DNA of 64,000 bases from Patescibacteria group bacterium (GTDB taxonomy: Bacteria; Patescibacteriota; Microgenomatia; UBA10105; UBA927). The notes beneath the pieces were generated by a model, which saw nothing but the letters and a program-made list of their open reading frames with translations, was not told the DNA's origin and searched no databases. The stretch lies in the NCBI GenBank assembly GCA_035510735.1, contig DATKGN010000004.1, forward strand, positions 177,039 to 241,038, read 5' to 3'. The position numbers and the translations under genes were made by a program. How positions within the stretch are numbered: the first letter of the stretch is position 1; each line of letters opens with the position of its first letter. Shown piece by piece: positions 9,552 through 19,768 of the stretch.

Positions 9552-10436
9552 ATGTCGAAATATACCCGAGGGATTTTGTATTTATGTATTTCGGTTGTGC
9601 TTTATAGCATCATGCCGGTTCTCATACGGACGCTCGGACACGGACATATACCCCCGGCGTCACAGGTTTTCTTGCGATATATTGTGGCTTGTTGTGCGGC
9701 TATTCTATACTTTGTCCTTACGAAGTCAAAAGTTGTCGTAAAGAAACATGATATACCGCTTCTATTTTGCGTCGCGCTGTTTGGTTACGCCCTCGTCAAT
9801 CTTTTTTATACATGGGCGAACCTGAGTACGCAGATAGGCACCGTTCTTTTTATTTTCAACTGTTCAACCGTGTTAGGTCCGCTCCTTGGTTTCCTATTTC
9901 TCAAAGAAAAAATTAATTCGATAAAAATTGTGGCGATGACTATCGGACTTTTATCATTATTTTTTCTCTTCCGCCCCGGACCATTTGTGACGTGGGAACA
10001 GGGGGCGCTATTCGCATTTATTTCAGCGATCGGCTCATCGTTCTATGTCATCGGCAGAAAAAAATTGGGAAACTACGATTCAAAATTGATTCTCCTTACC
10101 AACACGGTCGTTGGCGTGGTGACATTAGGATTTATCGCGATTCTTACGGAGTCCTATTTCTTTACAAGAAGCGGGATTGGCTCCTTAACGCCTTCCACAT
10201 GGATTGTTACCATTCTTTTTGGGCTTGATAATTTTACGGCGTACTTATTTATGACAAAAGGATATCAACTCGTATCTGCAGGAACTGGGAGTATGGTGAT
10301 GCTCTCGGAAAATATTCTGGGCGTTTTGTTTGCGTTTTTGTTTTTTGCTGAAGTACCTACCATCACAACACTCATCGGAGGAATACTCATCCTTACCGCG
10401 TCAATGCTCGTTATACTCAAAAGTGAAAAAGTCTGA
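9552..10436 (+). CDS. EamA/DMT family transporter
   Basis: About 10 predicted TM helices and duplicated EamA-like halves. ORF opens at 9522; internal Met preferred to avoid overlap with the divergent gene. Confidence 0.7.
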   Translation: MSKYTRGILYLCISVVLYSIMPVLIRTLGHGHIPPASQVFLRYIVACCAAILYFVLTKSKVVVKKHDIPLLFCVALFGYALVNLFYTWANLSTQIGTVLFIFNCSTVLGPLLGFLFLKEKINSIKIVAMTIGLLSLFFLFRPGPFVTWEQGALFAFISAIGSSFYVIGRKKLGNYDSKLILLTNTVVGVVTLGFIAILTESYFFTRSGIGSLTPSTWIVTILFGLDNFTAYLFMTKGYQLVSAGTGSMVMLSENILGVLFAFLFFAEVPTITTLIGGILILTASMLVILKSEKV

Positions 10437-10445
10437 ATTATCCGT

Positions 10446-12257
10446 TTATCCTACCAAATCGAACGATTGAAGTTTTTCTTTTGTATCTTCAGACGGCGCC
10501 TTCAATAGACTTGCTTGTAGAGAAACCAGTTGCGCGTAGAGACCTTTCGTGTCATGGAGGAGCTCTCTGTGAGAACCGTATTGGGCAACCCTGCCGCCAG
10601 ACAATACCAGCAGATGGTTTGCGGACGCAATGGTTGAGAGTCGGTGGGCGATAATGATAGCAGTTCTTCCTTTTAGTAGTTCTTCAAGTCCTTTTTGTAC
10701 TTCAATTTCCGACTTGGAATCAAGGGAGCTTGTGGCTTCATCGAGGATGATGATTGCTGCGTTTTTGATCATTGCCCGCGCAATCGCGATACGCTGTTTT
10801 TGTCCGCCTGATAACTTTACACCGCGTTCTCCGATGGTGCTTTGATATCCTTCGGGCAGGCCCGTGATAAATTCGTGGGCGTTTGCGGCCTTTGCAGCTT
10901 TTATGACCATTTCATCGGTAGCATCGGGCTTACCGTATCTAATGTTATCCATAATGGAGCCGGAAAAAAGAAGAGACTCCTGGAATACGACGGCAATCTG
11001 GTCATGCAGCGATTTTTGTGTCACCCGTTCTATGTTTTCATTCCCAACCGTAATGGTGCCCTCCTGCGGTTCGTAATAGCGAAGAAGCAAATTGACGATC
11101 GTTGATTTTCCCTGGCCGGATTCACCGACCAGTGCAAATTTTTCTCCCCTGAAAACGGTAAATGAAATATCTTTAAGTACATCTTTGCCGGATTCATAAC
11201 GGAAGAATACATTTTTGAATTGAATAAACGGATCACGGGGTTTACAGTCCTTAATTTTAAGCGTCTGAGCTTCGGGTTTGTCATGGATTTCCGTTTGCGT
11301 TTCAAGAACCTTGAAATAGTCAGAGGAACCTGCGCTTGCCTGCTGGATTTGCTCCAAAATAAACGACATCGCAAATAAAGGAAACCGTGCTTGTTGCACA
11401 AGCTGTAAGAGAAACGTCATTTCTCCCAATGTGTATCGTTTTTGGAATGTCCAATAGACGATATAACCGAATATACCGAAAAGAATAAGGTTAAGCGTCA
11501 GTCGCCGAGCGAAATCATAGAGGTGCCATTGTCGCGTTTGTTTTTTCGTCAGTGTCTCGATTTCGTGACGGGATTTTAAAAATGCTTTCAGTTCGGCAAA
11601 CTCTGCAGCAAATGATTTAACGACACGGATGCCGACGAGACTCTCAAATACTCGCCCCTGGGAGAGATCGCTAATGGTGTTTTTCTGATCCTCTATACTC
11701 ATCCATGACGTGCTTGATCCGTGTGAAATGATGATGTAGACGGGGAACAGAATTGCCAAGAGGATAGCGATAACCGGTGAGTACCGCGCAAGAAGAATAA
11801 TGGTTACTAAGGCCGTCAGGAAAAAGGGGAGGAAATTGTTAAACATGCTTTGGATAAAGTCGGTAATTGATGTAATCCCTCTGTATAATTTATTAACGAT
11901 TTTACCGGTGATCTCATTGTCAAAATACCCGATGTGCAGGGACAAGACGTGTTCATAAAACCGTTTTGACAAGTATGTTTGGATTCTTATTGAGAGCAAA
12001 TCACCGGCCCATTGGCCGAATATGGTCAAGAGTGTGATGGATAGGTCGGTTCCTATGAATATCGCAAGAAGTGTCAGGATGTAGGAAACATTCGTCGGTT
12101 TTCCGTTCAATTGTCCCACAATGGCGTCCACGATGAGTTTTGTGATAAACGGACCAACCAAAGCAAGGACGGACACGAAGATCACAAATATGCTCATGAA
12201 AATGTACCATGGTGCGTACTGTTTGGTAAATTTAATGATGCGGAATATCGGTTGCAT
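10446..12257 (-). CDS. ABC transporter, fused permease/ATPase (type I exporter, MsbA-like)
   Basis: Six-TM N-domain; Walker A GESGQGKST; signature LSGGQKQRIAIARA; Walker B IILDEATSSLD. Confidence 0.85.
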   Translation of the reverse strand: MQPIFRIIKFTKQYAPWYIFMSIFVIFVSVLALVGPFITKLIVDAIVGQLNGKPTNVSYILTLLAIFIGTDLSITLLTIFGQWAGDLLSIRIQTYLSKRFYEHVLSLHIGYFDNEITGKIVNKLYRGITSITDFIQSMFNNFLPFFLTALVTIILLARYSPVIAILLAILFPVYIIISHGSSTSWMSIEDQKNTISDLSQGRVFESLVGIRVVKSFAAEFAELKAFLKSRHEIETLTKKQTRQWHLYDFARRLTLNLILFGIFGYIVYWTFQKRYTLGEMTFLLQLVQQARFPLFAMSFILEQIQQASAGSSDYFKVLETQTEIHDKPEAQTLKIKDCKPRDPFIQFKNVFFRYESGKDVLKDISFTVFRGEKFALVGESGQGKSTIVNLLLRYYEPQEGTITVGNENIERVTQKSLHDQIAVVFQESLLFSGSIMDNIRYGKPDATDEMVIKAAKAANAHEFITGLPEGYQSTIGERGVKLSGGQKQRIAIARAMIKNAAIIILDEATSSLDSKSEIEVQKGLEELLKGRTAIIIAHRLSTIASANHLLVLSGGRVAQYGSHRELLHDTKGLYAQLVSLQASLLKAPSEDTKEKLQSFDLVG

Positions 12258-12306
12258 TATGATAATTATCTCATGAATGTAAGATAGATGACAACGGTTG
12301 CGAAGA

Positions 12307-12693
12307 CTAGCGGGATGGCTGTTTTTTTAATTTCTTGACTAATGTTTCAAGCTGGGCCAGCGTTTGATCACTTAAATAATGTTCAAGTCCCTCGATGTCA
12401 TGTTCTATGACCCTGTCCGGGAGATGGAGGAGATGGAGAAATTCCGATAAAATTTTATGGCGCTTCTGAATCCGAAGTCCGACACTCCGACCCTTGGGAG
12501 TGAGCGTAAACCCACGGTAGCGTTCGCGCAAAATATATCCTGATATTTCGAGCTTCTTCACCATCATCGTAACTGATGCAGGTTTGACGTCCAAACGCTC
12601 TGCTATATCTACAACACGCGCATACCCTTTTTCATTCAAGAGTTCATAAATGCGTTCAAGATAATCTTCGTTTGGCGTGGTGAGATGCGTCAT
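12307..12693 (-). CDS. mntR: DtxR/MntR family metal-dependent transcriptional repressor
   Basis: HTH plus metal-binding domain pattern of the DtxR family (DYLERIYEL...VVDIAERLDVKPASVTMMVKKLE). Adjacent to an Nramp transporter. Confidence 0.7.
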   Translation of the reverse strand: MTHLTTPNEDYLERIYELLNEKGYARVVDIAERLDVKPASVTMMVKKLEISGYILRERYRGFTLTPKGRSVGLRIQKRHKILSEFLHLLHLPDRVIEHDIEGLEHYLSDQTLAQLETLVKKLKKQPSR

Positions 12694-12985
12694 AAATGTT
12701 CGTATTATATACCCATTGGCATTATTATTTTTTCAGGCTAATAAATATTTGTGTAACTATGAGAATAAAAGATAGTAAAACGTATACACGCATTGTCCAC
12801 AGTAAAATTTTAACGAACGGTTTAAGCTCAGCTTTCCCATAAGGTTTCGAGCACTTCGCATTTGCCAGACTCAAGTTGTCCGAATTAAGGATTTCAATGA
12901 CCCAGTCGTTATTTTCGACGTTAGAATTAGTCATTTTCTTTGTTGTTATCATAGCGTACCTCCTTGTAAATACTGTGTATATTTT

Positions 12986-14383
12986 TTATGAATTCGGTAA
13001 AATTCCTAAGCCCGTTAGAATCGTCATAATACCCCATATACTTCCAGCTAGAACGAGAAAAACCGTAACGCCTATTGCAAATATATTTGCTATGCGGCCA
13101 TTAACATAATCGCCCATCAGTTTTCGGTCATTCACGAGCAAGATGAGAAAGATTAATGCAGGTGGCATGGCAAGCGTCGCAATAACATTTACAACGAGTA
13201 CTATCAATGTTAACGGTGCGTGAGGAATAATTACGATTGCCGCGGCGAAGGCTGCACAAGCAATCATCACAGCATAGAAGCCTTTGGCTTCTTTAACGGA
13301 ACGATTGAGGCTGTGTGCGGCACCAGTCACCTCGCCGAATGCATAGGCGGTTGAGCTTGAAATTGTGATGGTAGCGAGCAATCCCGCTTCAAGAATCGCA
13401 AGGGCAAACAGAGTAGCTCCAATATGTCCTGCATAGGGTTCCAAGGCTTGTGCGAATTGGGCAGCAGCGAATGCGCCGCTTGAAAAGTTAGACGCATCTA
13501 CATGATGGGTAAATAGAACTGATGTTGCTACAATAGCCGCAACACCAAAAGCAGCAGCTAAAAATGCGCCGAGCGCCGTATCGATACGTGCGTGAGGAAT
13601 ATCTTTCGGAGTTAAGCCTTTATCTTTGAGCGCACTTTGTTGAAAAAACAGCATCCATGGTGTGACGGTTGCACCAATGTCCGACATGATGAACAAGAGG
13701 AGGTTCTGGTTAATTTTTCCAGGCAGCGGACTCCATGTGATGAGAGCTTGTCCTACTTGACCCCAATGCGGGTGGACGAGGATAGCAACCGGAATAAAAA
13801 GACAGTTAAATATAGATAACACGAGCGCAATACGTTCCCAGGTCCAATAGCGCCGTGAAAGCATGACGGTGATACTCAACAAAAGACCAATACTGACTGC
13901 AATCGGTGTCGGAACGCCAAAATAGCCTAAACCGGATTGGATGGCAATGAATTCGACAACCAGGGTAAGAAGATTTCCAATTGCAAGGTCAATCATTGAA
14001 AACCAGCCCCAAAATGAACCGAATCGTTCAAAGATAAGTTCAGCGTGACCGCGATGCGTAACCGCCGCCAGTCGCACCGTCAATTCCTGTACCACGAAGG
14101 CCATCGTAAAGGTTAATACGATGAAGGGGATAAAGAAGCCGATACCATATGTTGCCCCAGTAGCTGCGTATGAGAGCATGCTCGGCCCATCATTTTCTCC
14201 GAGCATAACGAGGATTCCCGGACCAATGAGTAAAAATAGAAGCAGTAAACGGCTAAAAGGGGTTTTACTTGTCCGTGCATTGCGAACACGAAGCCGATCT
14301 TTCGCCCGTTGAATATCCTCCGTAGTCACTTGCATTGATAATAAAGTTGCTTCAGAGCTTTTTTGCATACTTAATGTTACCAT
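12986..14383 (-). CDS. mntH: Nramp family divalent metal (Mn2+/Fe2+) transporter
   Basis: Nramp consensus LIGPGILVMLGENDGPSMLSYAATGATYG, 11-12 TM helices, about 460 aa. Confidence 0.85.
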   Translation of the reverse strand: MVTLSMQKSSEATLLSMQVTTEDIQRAKDRLRVRNARTSKTPFSRLLLLFLLIGPGILVMLGENDGPSMLSYAATGATYGIGFFIPFIVLTFTMAFVVQELTVRLAAVTHRGHAELIFERFGSFWGWFSMIDLAIGNLLTLVVEFIAIQSGLGYFGVPTPIAVSIGLLLSITVMLSRRYWTWERIALVLSIFNCLFIPVAILVHPHWGQVGQALITWSPLPGKINQNLLLFIMSDIGATVTPWMLFFQQSALKDKGLTPKDIPHARIDTALGAFLAAAFGVAAIVATSVLFTHHVDASNFSSGAFAAAQFAQALEPYAGHIGATLFALAILEAGLLATITISSSTAYAFGEVTGAAHSLNRSVKEAKGFYAVMIACAAFAAAIVIIPHAPLTLIVLVVNVIATLAMPPALIFLILLVNDRKLMGDYVNGRIANIFAIGVTVFLVLAGSIWGIMTILTGLGILPNS

Positions 14384-14394
14384 ACCTAATAATG

Positions 14395-14408
14395 TTAGAC
14401 AAGTCTAA
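14395..14408. promoter_or_regulatory. palindrome TTAGACAAGTCTAA upstream of mntH (candidate DtxR/MntR operator)
   Basis: Perfect 6-bp inverted arms TTAGAC/GTCTAA with 2-bp spacer, 10-25 nt upstream of the mntH start. Half-sites resemble the TTAG...CTAA core of DtxR-family boxes. Confidence 0.35.
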
Positions 14409-14438
14409 TATAGATCTATTGACGCCAACTTTGCTATA

Positions 14439-15032
14439 ATGAAGGCCATGAAGAAGAATTTCTCCGGCCCTCCGATTTTTTTGAGGCTTTTTTTATTTCT
14501 TTCCTGTGTCTTTATCATGTCTGTACTTGTGAGTCTTCCGTATTTTCTGGTTCAACAGGACCTGCGGCAAAGCGCGAATGACCCGCAAATTCAGATGGCG
14601 GAAGATCTTGCACGGCACTTATCAAAGGGCCAAGCGGTATCAGCTATTTCTTTTCCGGAATCCGTTAATATGTCAGAAGATCTCGGAGTATTTGTGAGTA
14701 TTTATGATGGCAAAGGTCAGTCTGTTGCATCGACTGCATATCTTAACGGTCAACTGCCGAACGTGCCTTTGGGAGTGTTGCTTTACGCGAAAGAACACGG
14801 TCAGAACCGAATAACTTGGCAGCCACAAGTTGGTGCGAGGGCCGCAATAGTTGTAACACCGTACCAAAACGGTACTTCATACGGCTATGTGGTTGTAGGA
14901 AGATCGCTTCGGGAAGTTGAAAAACGTGAAGACCAGATATTTTCTATTGTCAGTCTCATTTGGATTGGATTATTTTGCCTCATATCCGTTTTGTTTTTCT
15001 TTTTGCCAAAATCCACGGTGAAATCCCGCTAA
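14439..15032 (+). CDS. hypothetical membrane protein (N- and C-terminal TM)
   Basis: ORF with hydrophobic N-terminus and C-terminal TM. No known motif. Confidence 0.4.
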   Translation: MKAMKKNFSGPPIFLRLFLFLSCVFIMSVLVSLPYFLVQQDLRQSANDPQIQMAEDLARHLSKGQAVSAISFPESVNMSEDLGVFVSIYDGKGQSVASTAYLNGQLPNVPLGVLLYAKEHGQNRITWQPQVGARAAIVVTPYQNGTSYGYVVVGRSLREVEKREDQIFSIVSLIWIGLFCLISVLFFFLPKSTVKSR

Positions 15033-15038
15033 TATCAT

Positions 15039-15665
15039 ATGGTGTTCGTTTGTTTTGATCTTAACGGAACGCTTGTCACCAATCCGACGTGGCTTGAATT
15101 AAACGCTGCGCTTGGAGTTACGAAAGAAGAAGATGCTACAATCATGCGCCTATACCGCGAGAAGAAACTTTCTTACAGAGAGGGACAAAAGAGGTTAGAA
15201 ATGATATACAGGGAACGGGGGAAAGCAACAAGAAAAAATATCGAAAAAATTCTTTCCAGCTATTCCCTTCGTCCGGACGCGCGGGAAACAGTTTCTTACC
15301 TTCAGTCAAAAAATTATATTGTGGCAATTATTTCCAATTCGATTGATATATTAGTCGATGAGGTCGGGCGTGACCTTCATATCCCATATGCAATTGCTAA
15401 TAATCATTTTATATTTGATGACAGGGGACAATTACGAGAAATCGCTGTTTCCGACAATGATATCCATTTTAAATGGAAAGAGCTCCAACAATTGTGTAAA
15501 AAACTGTTTATTAAGCCAGATGATTGTTTTTATATTGGAGATGGGGAAGATGACCGGGAAATATTTTTACACATAAAACACGGAATAACTTTTCGGGATT
15601 CGTCGGTTGCGCCTATTGCATGGAAGACGATAGATAATTTTATTAATTTGAAAACGATTCTTTAA
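15039..15665 (+). CDS. HAD superfamily hydrolase (phosphoserine-phosphatase-like subfamily)
   Basis: Motif I variant FDLNGTLV. Motif IV IGDGEDD. Confidence 0.6.
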   Translation: MVFVCFDLNGTLVTNPTWLELNAALGVTKEEDATIMRLYREKKLSYREGQKRLEMIYRERGKATRKNIEKILSSYSLRPDARETVSYLQSKNYIVAIISNSIDILVDEVGRDLHIPYAIANNHFIFDDRGQLREIAVSDNDIHFKWKELQQLCKKLFIKPDDCFYIGDGEDDREIFLHIKHGITFRDSSVAPIAWKTIDNFINLKTIL

Positions 15666-16729
15666 CAAATTAACATGGCATCGCCAAAACTATAGAAGCG
15701 ATAGTGATTATTAATTGCCTCCCGATATGCGTGCAATATTAGTTCCCGCCCGGTCCGCCTGTTAGCGCCTGATGGTGCAGCCTCTGGCGGGCAGGCAAAT
15801 GCAGAAACCAACACTATAAGCGTGGATTTCGGCAAATGGAAGTTCGTGAGCATGCTGTCGATAACTTGAAAATGAAAACCTGGCGTAATAAAAAGGTTTA
15901 TATCGCCTCGGAAATTTTTAAGTACTCCGTCGTGTAATGCGGCAACTCCTTCAAGTGTTCGTACCGTTGTTGTACCTACCGCAACAATCCGTTGTCCATT
16001 CTGTTTTCCTTTGTTGATTGTGTGCGCAACTTCATCCGTAATCTCAACCCATTCGCTGTGCATCGTGTGGGATTCTAAAGTGTCTGATTTAATCGGCATG
16101 AATGTTCCTAAGCCAACATGAAGGGTGATTTCCAGAATGGTTACCCCGTTTTCCTTGAGTGTTGTAAGAATTTGTTTCGTCAGATGAAATCCGGCGGTGG
16201 GTGCGGCGACCGATCCGACATATTTTGCATAGATCGTCTGATAATCGCTGTCTTTGGGAACTTTCTTTATATACGGAGGCGTAGGGATATCCCCATACAT
16301 ATTTGCCAGATTAATGACGTCTTCGGGTGTCTGAGGGAACGTTACGGTAAACGTACCATCAGAATTTTTTTCGGTAACCCGACAGAAAAAATTTTCTGCA
16401 ATCAAAATGGTTGATCCGGTCAGAATCTTTTTTCCCGGTTTTCCTAGTGCCAACCACTGATTGTTTTCAACCGGTCGGACGAGAAATAACTCTATGCGTT
16501 TGTCCAGTATAGTGCCATGTAGGCGGGCATGAAATACTTTTGTGTTATTGATAACGACAATATCCCCCGGATAAAAATAAGAAGGGAGATCTCCGACATG
16601 ATGATGTTCAATTGCCCCTGTCGAACGGTTAAAGAGCATCAGTTTTGCATTTTCGCGGGGTTGTGCTGGTGATTGCGCAATTAACTCCTGCGATAAATCG
16701 TAATCAAAATCAGACACTAATTGCGGCAT
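15662..16729 (-). CDS. queA: S-adenosylmethionine:tRNA ribosyltransferase-isomerase
   Basis: Start MPQLVSDFDYDLSQELIAQSPA...GDIVVINNTKV is the typical QueA N-terminus. The ORF extends to 16795, but that 5' extension is probably not translated. Confidence 0.85.
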   Translation of the reverse strand: MPQLVSDFDYDLSQELIAQSPAQPRENAKLMLFNRSTGAIEHHHVGDLPSYFYPGDIVVINNTKVFHARLHGTILDKRIELFLVRPVENNQWLALGKPGKKILTGSTILIAENFFCRVTEKNSDGTFTVTFPQTPEDVINLANMYGDIPTPPYIKKVPKDSDYQTIYAKYVGSVAAPTAGFHLTKQILTTLKENGVTILEITLHVGLGTFMPIKSDTLESHTMHSEWVEITDEVAHTINKGKQNGQRIVAVGTTTVRTLEGVAALHDGVLKNFRGDINLFITPGFHFQVIDSMLTNFHLPKSTLIVLVSAFACPPEAAPSGANRRTGRELILHAYREAINNHYRFYSFGDAMLIC

Positions 16730-16791
16730 ATCACGTATTCTAGTATATCGATATTGGCGAGACCATTTTTCTAACGTGCTAGCTTTGCATC

Positions 16792-17760
16792 TCAATTACT
16801 ATGTAACAATACACGATAGAGCGCATCCAGAGGACAGGTGGCCAAACATATTCTTGTATCGGCCCCTCCATAGTAAACGCCGAGATTATTGTTGACGATA
16901 AGTGCTCCGGAGGGAAAAACGATATTGGGAATTTTTCCCTGCACCTCATAGTCCGTTTCTGGGTAGAGAAGCGGCTCCTGAGTTCTCCCTATCACCTTGG
17001 TCGGCTCGTTATTATCAAGTAGCGCCGCCTCAATGGTGAAAAATTTGTGTGACGTCAAATAGCTTTTGATGTAACAGTAAATAAAAAGCCATCCGTATTT
17101 TGTTTGGATCGGCGGCGCTCCGACTTCGACATGGTCATGCGTTGTTCTTAAAAGAGGAATGGTGTGTGTGCTAACTGACCTACGCCATCGTTTCCAATAG
17201 ATGGCGTCCCACATGTCACTTAGTTTTTCAAAATATGCGACACACATACTGGACGGCGGTTTGTCGGGATTAATAGTCAACAGTGCACAATACTTACCGT
17301 TTATCCGCTCGGGGAAAAGCGCCATTGCTTTCGCATTAAAGGGAGTAATTCGGTATTTATGATCAATGGAGATAAAATTTTTGGTTGTTGCAAGAGCTAC
17401 GGTAATACCGGTGGGTGTTGGTGGCCAGTCAGCAAGGGCAGTGTAAAAAATGTAATAGGTATCGCCGATTTTCGTGACCCGAGGATCCTCGCATCCGAAT
17501 TTTTCCCAATCATGTTCCGGTACAATGAGTTGTTTTCTTTTCGTAAATGTAACACGATCGCGGCTTATCGCGTGACCGATGGTCGAAAGTTCAAGTGTTT
17601 TTCCGCCAATTTGCTGCGGGTAGGACTGTGCGCGATATACCATGTGGCACGTATTTCCGTCTATAATCGGACATCCGTTGAATGTCGCTTCCTGTTCCCA
17701 TTCATGAGTATTTACAGGAGAAAGAATCGGGTTTTCGGGGAACCGCTTGAGGGTTACCAT
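16792..17760 (-). CDS. glycoside hydrolase family 130 protein (beta-mannoside phosphorylase/hydrolase-like)
   Basis: FPENPIL..., GCEDPRVTKIGDTYYIFYTA and YYGGAD motifs of the GH130 beta-propeller. Confidence 0.7.
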   Translation of the reverse strand: MVTLKRFPENPILSPVNTHEWEQEATFNGCPIIDGNTCHMVYRAQSYPQQIGGKTLELSTIGHAISRDRVTFTKRKQLIVPEHDWEKFGCEDPRVTKIGDTYYIFYTALADWPPTPTGITVALATTKNFISIDHKYRITPFNAKAMALFPERINGKYCALLTINPDKPPSSMCVAYFEKLSDMWDAIYWKRWRRSVSTHTIPLLRTTHDHVEVGAPPIQTKYGWLFIYCYIKSYLTSHKFFTIEAALLDNNEPTKVIGRTQEPLLYPETDYEVQGKIPNIVFPSGALIVNNNLGVYYGGADTRICLATCPLDALYRVLLHSN

Positions 17761-17773
17761 AGAAGATTATCGA

Positions 17774-19624
17774 TTAATGCAAAACCGGTCGTCCGCCGGA
17801 CGGTGTAAGTGACGCCTCTTCAGAAGTCTTGAGGTGTTCCAGAAATTCATGGATAGGTGCAGTTGCGGCACACGTCACCATATCAGCGCCGCCGTAATAT
17901 ACATGTAATTTGTCATTCATGATCACGGATCCGCACGGATAGGCGACTCCTGCTTTGTATCCTTCATTTTCATACCATTCCGTCGGCTCCAAGATTGGTT
18001 TAACCGACCGGTGCAGGACTTTTGATGGATTCTTGAGATCAAGAAGCATCGCTCCCATTTTATATTTGCTTGGATCCTGATCGCCGACCGCCTGATAGAT
18101 CAGAAGCCATCCGTCATCTGTTTTGATGGGTGGTGCGCCCACGCCGACTTTTCTGCTGTCCCAATAATGCGGTCTTGGTGAAATTTTATCATGACCGGTC
18201 AGCCACCTTGTCTTGCCGTCGAAATCAAGATCATCGACGTAATCAAGAAGGATGTTGGGAAAAATCCGATGGAATACAACATATTTCCCGTCTATTTTTT
18301 CGGGTAGTAAACATGCGTTTTTATTCACCTGGTTCGGTTTTGAGATAAGAACGGGCTTTTTCCAGTTCCAGCGATGTGAGAGAAAGTCATTGACATCGAT
18401 TGATGTTAACGCCACGCGGGGTGGGCTCCAGCCGTCATACGCAACGTACGTCATATAGACCGTTTTGCCGATTTTTGTGAGTCTCGGGTCCTCGCATCCG
18501 CCGTAGCATCCGCCGCCTGAAGCGTAGGGTGAGTATGATGTGTTTTGTGCAAACGGCGTATTACACTCAAATGGTTCCGTTGGCGTATAAATAGGTTCGC
18601 TAAGCCGTTCATCAAAGTTTGTTCCGTCGGCACTTGATGCATAGCCCAATACTGAGACGTCCTGATCTCCGATTGCGCGATATACCATGTGGACACGGCC
18701 CTCCTCATAGAGGGCTCCGGGATTAAAGACTGCGCGAGATTCCCAAAAATGATCCGCAATGGGTTTGATAATCGGGTTATCTTTTATTTTTTTCAACAGA
18801 AACGCTGGAGTACCTCTTTTATATTCACCGAGTTTATTGAAACCAGGATGAGTCAGCGCGAATAGGCCGTCTTTATCGGAAAGCCAGTATGAAATATAGA
18901 GTCCGTGGAACGTGATAACACCGACCGGGTATGCTTCCTTATTCTGCCAATCAGCAGGCGCTTCCCAAATGGGTTCAGGATAGGAGATGAGGAGCTTCTC
19001 CGGGTTTTGTTTATCAAATAGCGCGGCATTGAGGGCAACATGGTGCCCGTCTTTTATGACGTAATAGAGAAGTAAAATTCCGTCATGTGTGACCTCGACA
19101 TGAGCTACTTTGACCGGCCAGACGCCAAAAAAGTCTTTTTGCGGCGTAAGTACAGGCTCTTCTTTTACATTCCACGTCGTGAGATCGGAGGCATATGCGA
19201 CACGGATTGAGCTTTCTCCCACATACATGACTGACGAGTTGTTATATTGATAGTCGCTTACGACAACACCGGTTTCACTGATCCCTTCGGCTCTTCCGAT
19301 CCGCTGCCAACGGATGAGATCTTTTGAGGTGGCGATATACGAGCTGCAATTTTTTTCTTTCCTATATTTATACAGCAACACATACATATTCCCGACGTGA
19401 GCCATGCGGAAATCCTGTGCTTTATGCGGGTTAACATTTCTGCGTTTTTCATCAACAATTTTTGCTTTATCCGTGTGTGAAGCAAAAGAAAATCCGTCAA
19501 GACTGTGATCAGCCTGGTAAAATTTACCGTTTCCGGTGAGCGTATGATAGAGGAAGACACCGTTTTTATCCGCAATAACGCCTAAGGGAGTGGTTTCCTT
19601 TATGATGCGATGAGGGTTTTCCAT
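17774..19624 (-). CDS. double-domain GH130 family protein
   Basis: The C-terminal half carries the GH130 signature (FNPGALYEEGRVHMVYRA, GCEDPRLTKIGKTVYMTYVAYDG, YYGGADM). The N-terminal 290 aa is a second, degenerate GH130-like propeller. Confidence 0.65.
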   Translation of the reverse strand: MENPHRIIKETTPLGVIADKNGVFLYHTLTGNGKFYQADHSLDGFSFASHTDKAKIVDEKRRNVNPHKAQDFRMAHVGNMYVLLYKYRKEKNCSSYIATSKDLIRWQRIGRAEGISETGVVVSDYQYNNSSVMYVGESSIRVAYASDLTTWNVKEEPVLTPQKDFFGVWPVKVAHVEVTHDGILLLYYVIKDGHHVALNAALFDKQNPEKLLISYPEPIWEAPADWQNKEAYPVGVITFHGLYISYWLSDKDGLFALTHPGFNKLGEYKRGTPAFLLKKIKDNPIIKPIADHFWESRAVFNPGALYEEGRVHMVYRAIGDQDVSVLGYASSADGTNFDERLSEPIYTPTEPFECNTPFAQNTSYSPYASGGGCYGGCEDPRLTKIGKTVYMTYVAYDGWSPPRVALTSIDVNDFLSHRWNWKKPVLISKPNQVNKNACLLPEKIDGKYVVFHRIFPNILLDYVDDLDFDGKTRWLTGHDKISPRPHYWDSRKVGVGAPPIKTDDGWLLIYQAVGDQDPSKYKMGAMLLDLKNPSKVLHRSVKPILEPTEWYENEGYKAGVAYPCGSVIMNDKLHVYYGGADMVTCAATAPIHEFLEHLKTSEEASLTPSGGRPVLH

Positions 19625-19768
19625 ATAGACAAAATCCTGACCATAATCAGTGCTTGCACATTAAGATTACACTGTTTTTTTGACGTTGTATATAGCATAT
19701 TTTTATTACAGGATAATGAAAATTTCCGTGAGATAGATTAAGCCTCAGATGCTTGGAATAGGCCGTTA

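Noticed and set aside
12725-12952. 75-aa ORF between mntR and mntH
   Set aside because: Possible small membrane protein, but no motif and a weak start context. Not called as a gene, though mentioned in a finding.
16730-16795. 22-aa N-terminal extension of the queA ORF; likewise the N-terminal extensions of the ORFs at 7266, 9522, 29447 and 36881
   Set aside because: Conserved family N-termini start at internal Met codons. The extensions would overlap neighbouring genes or lack RBS.
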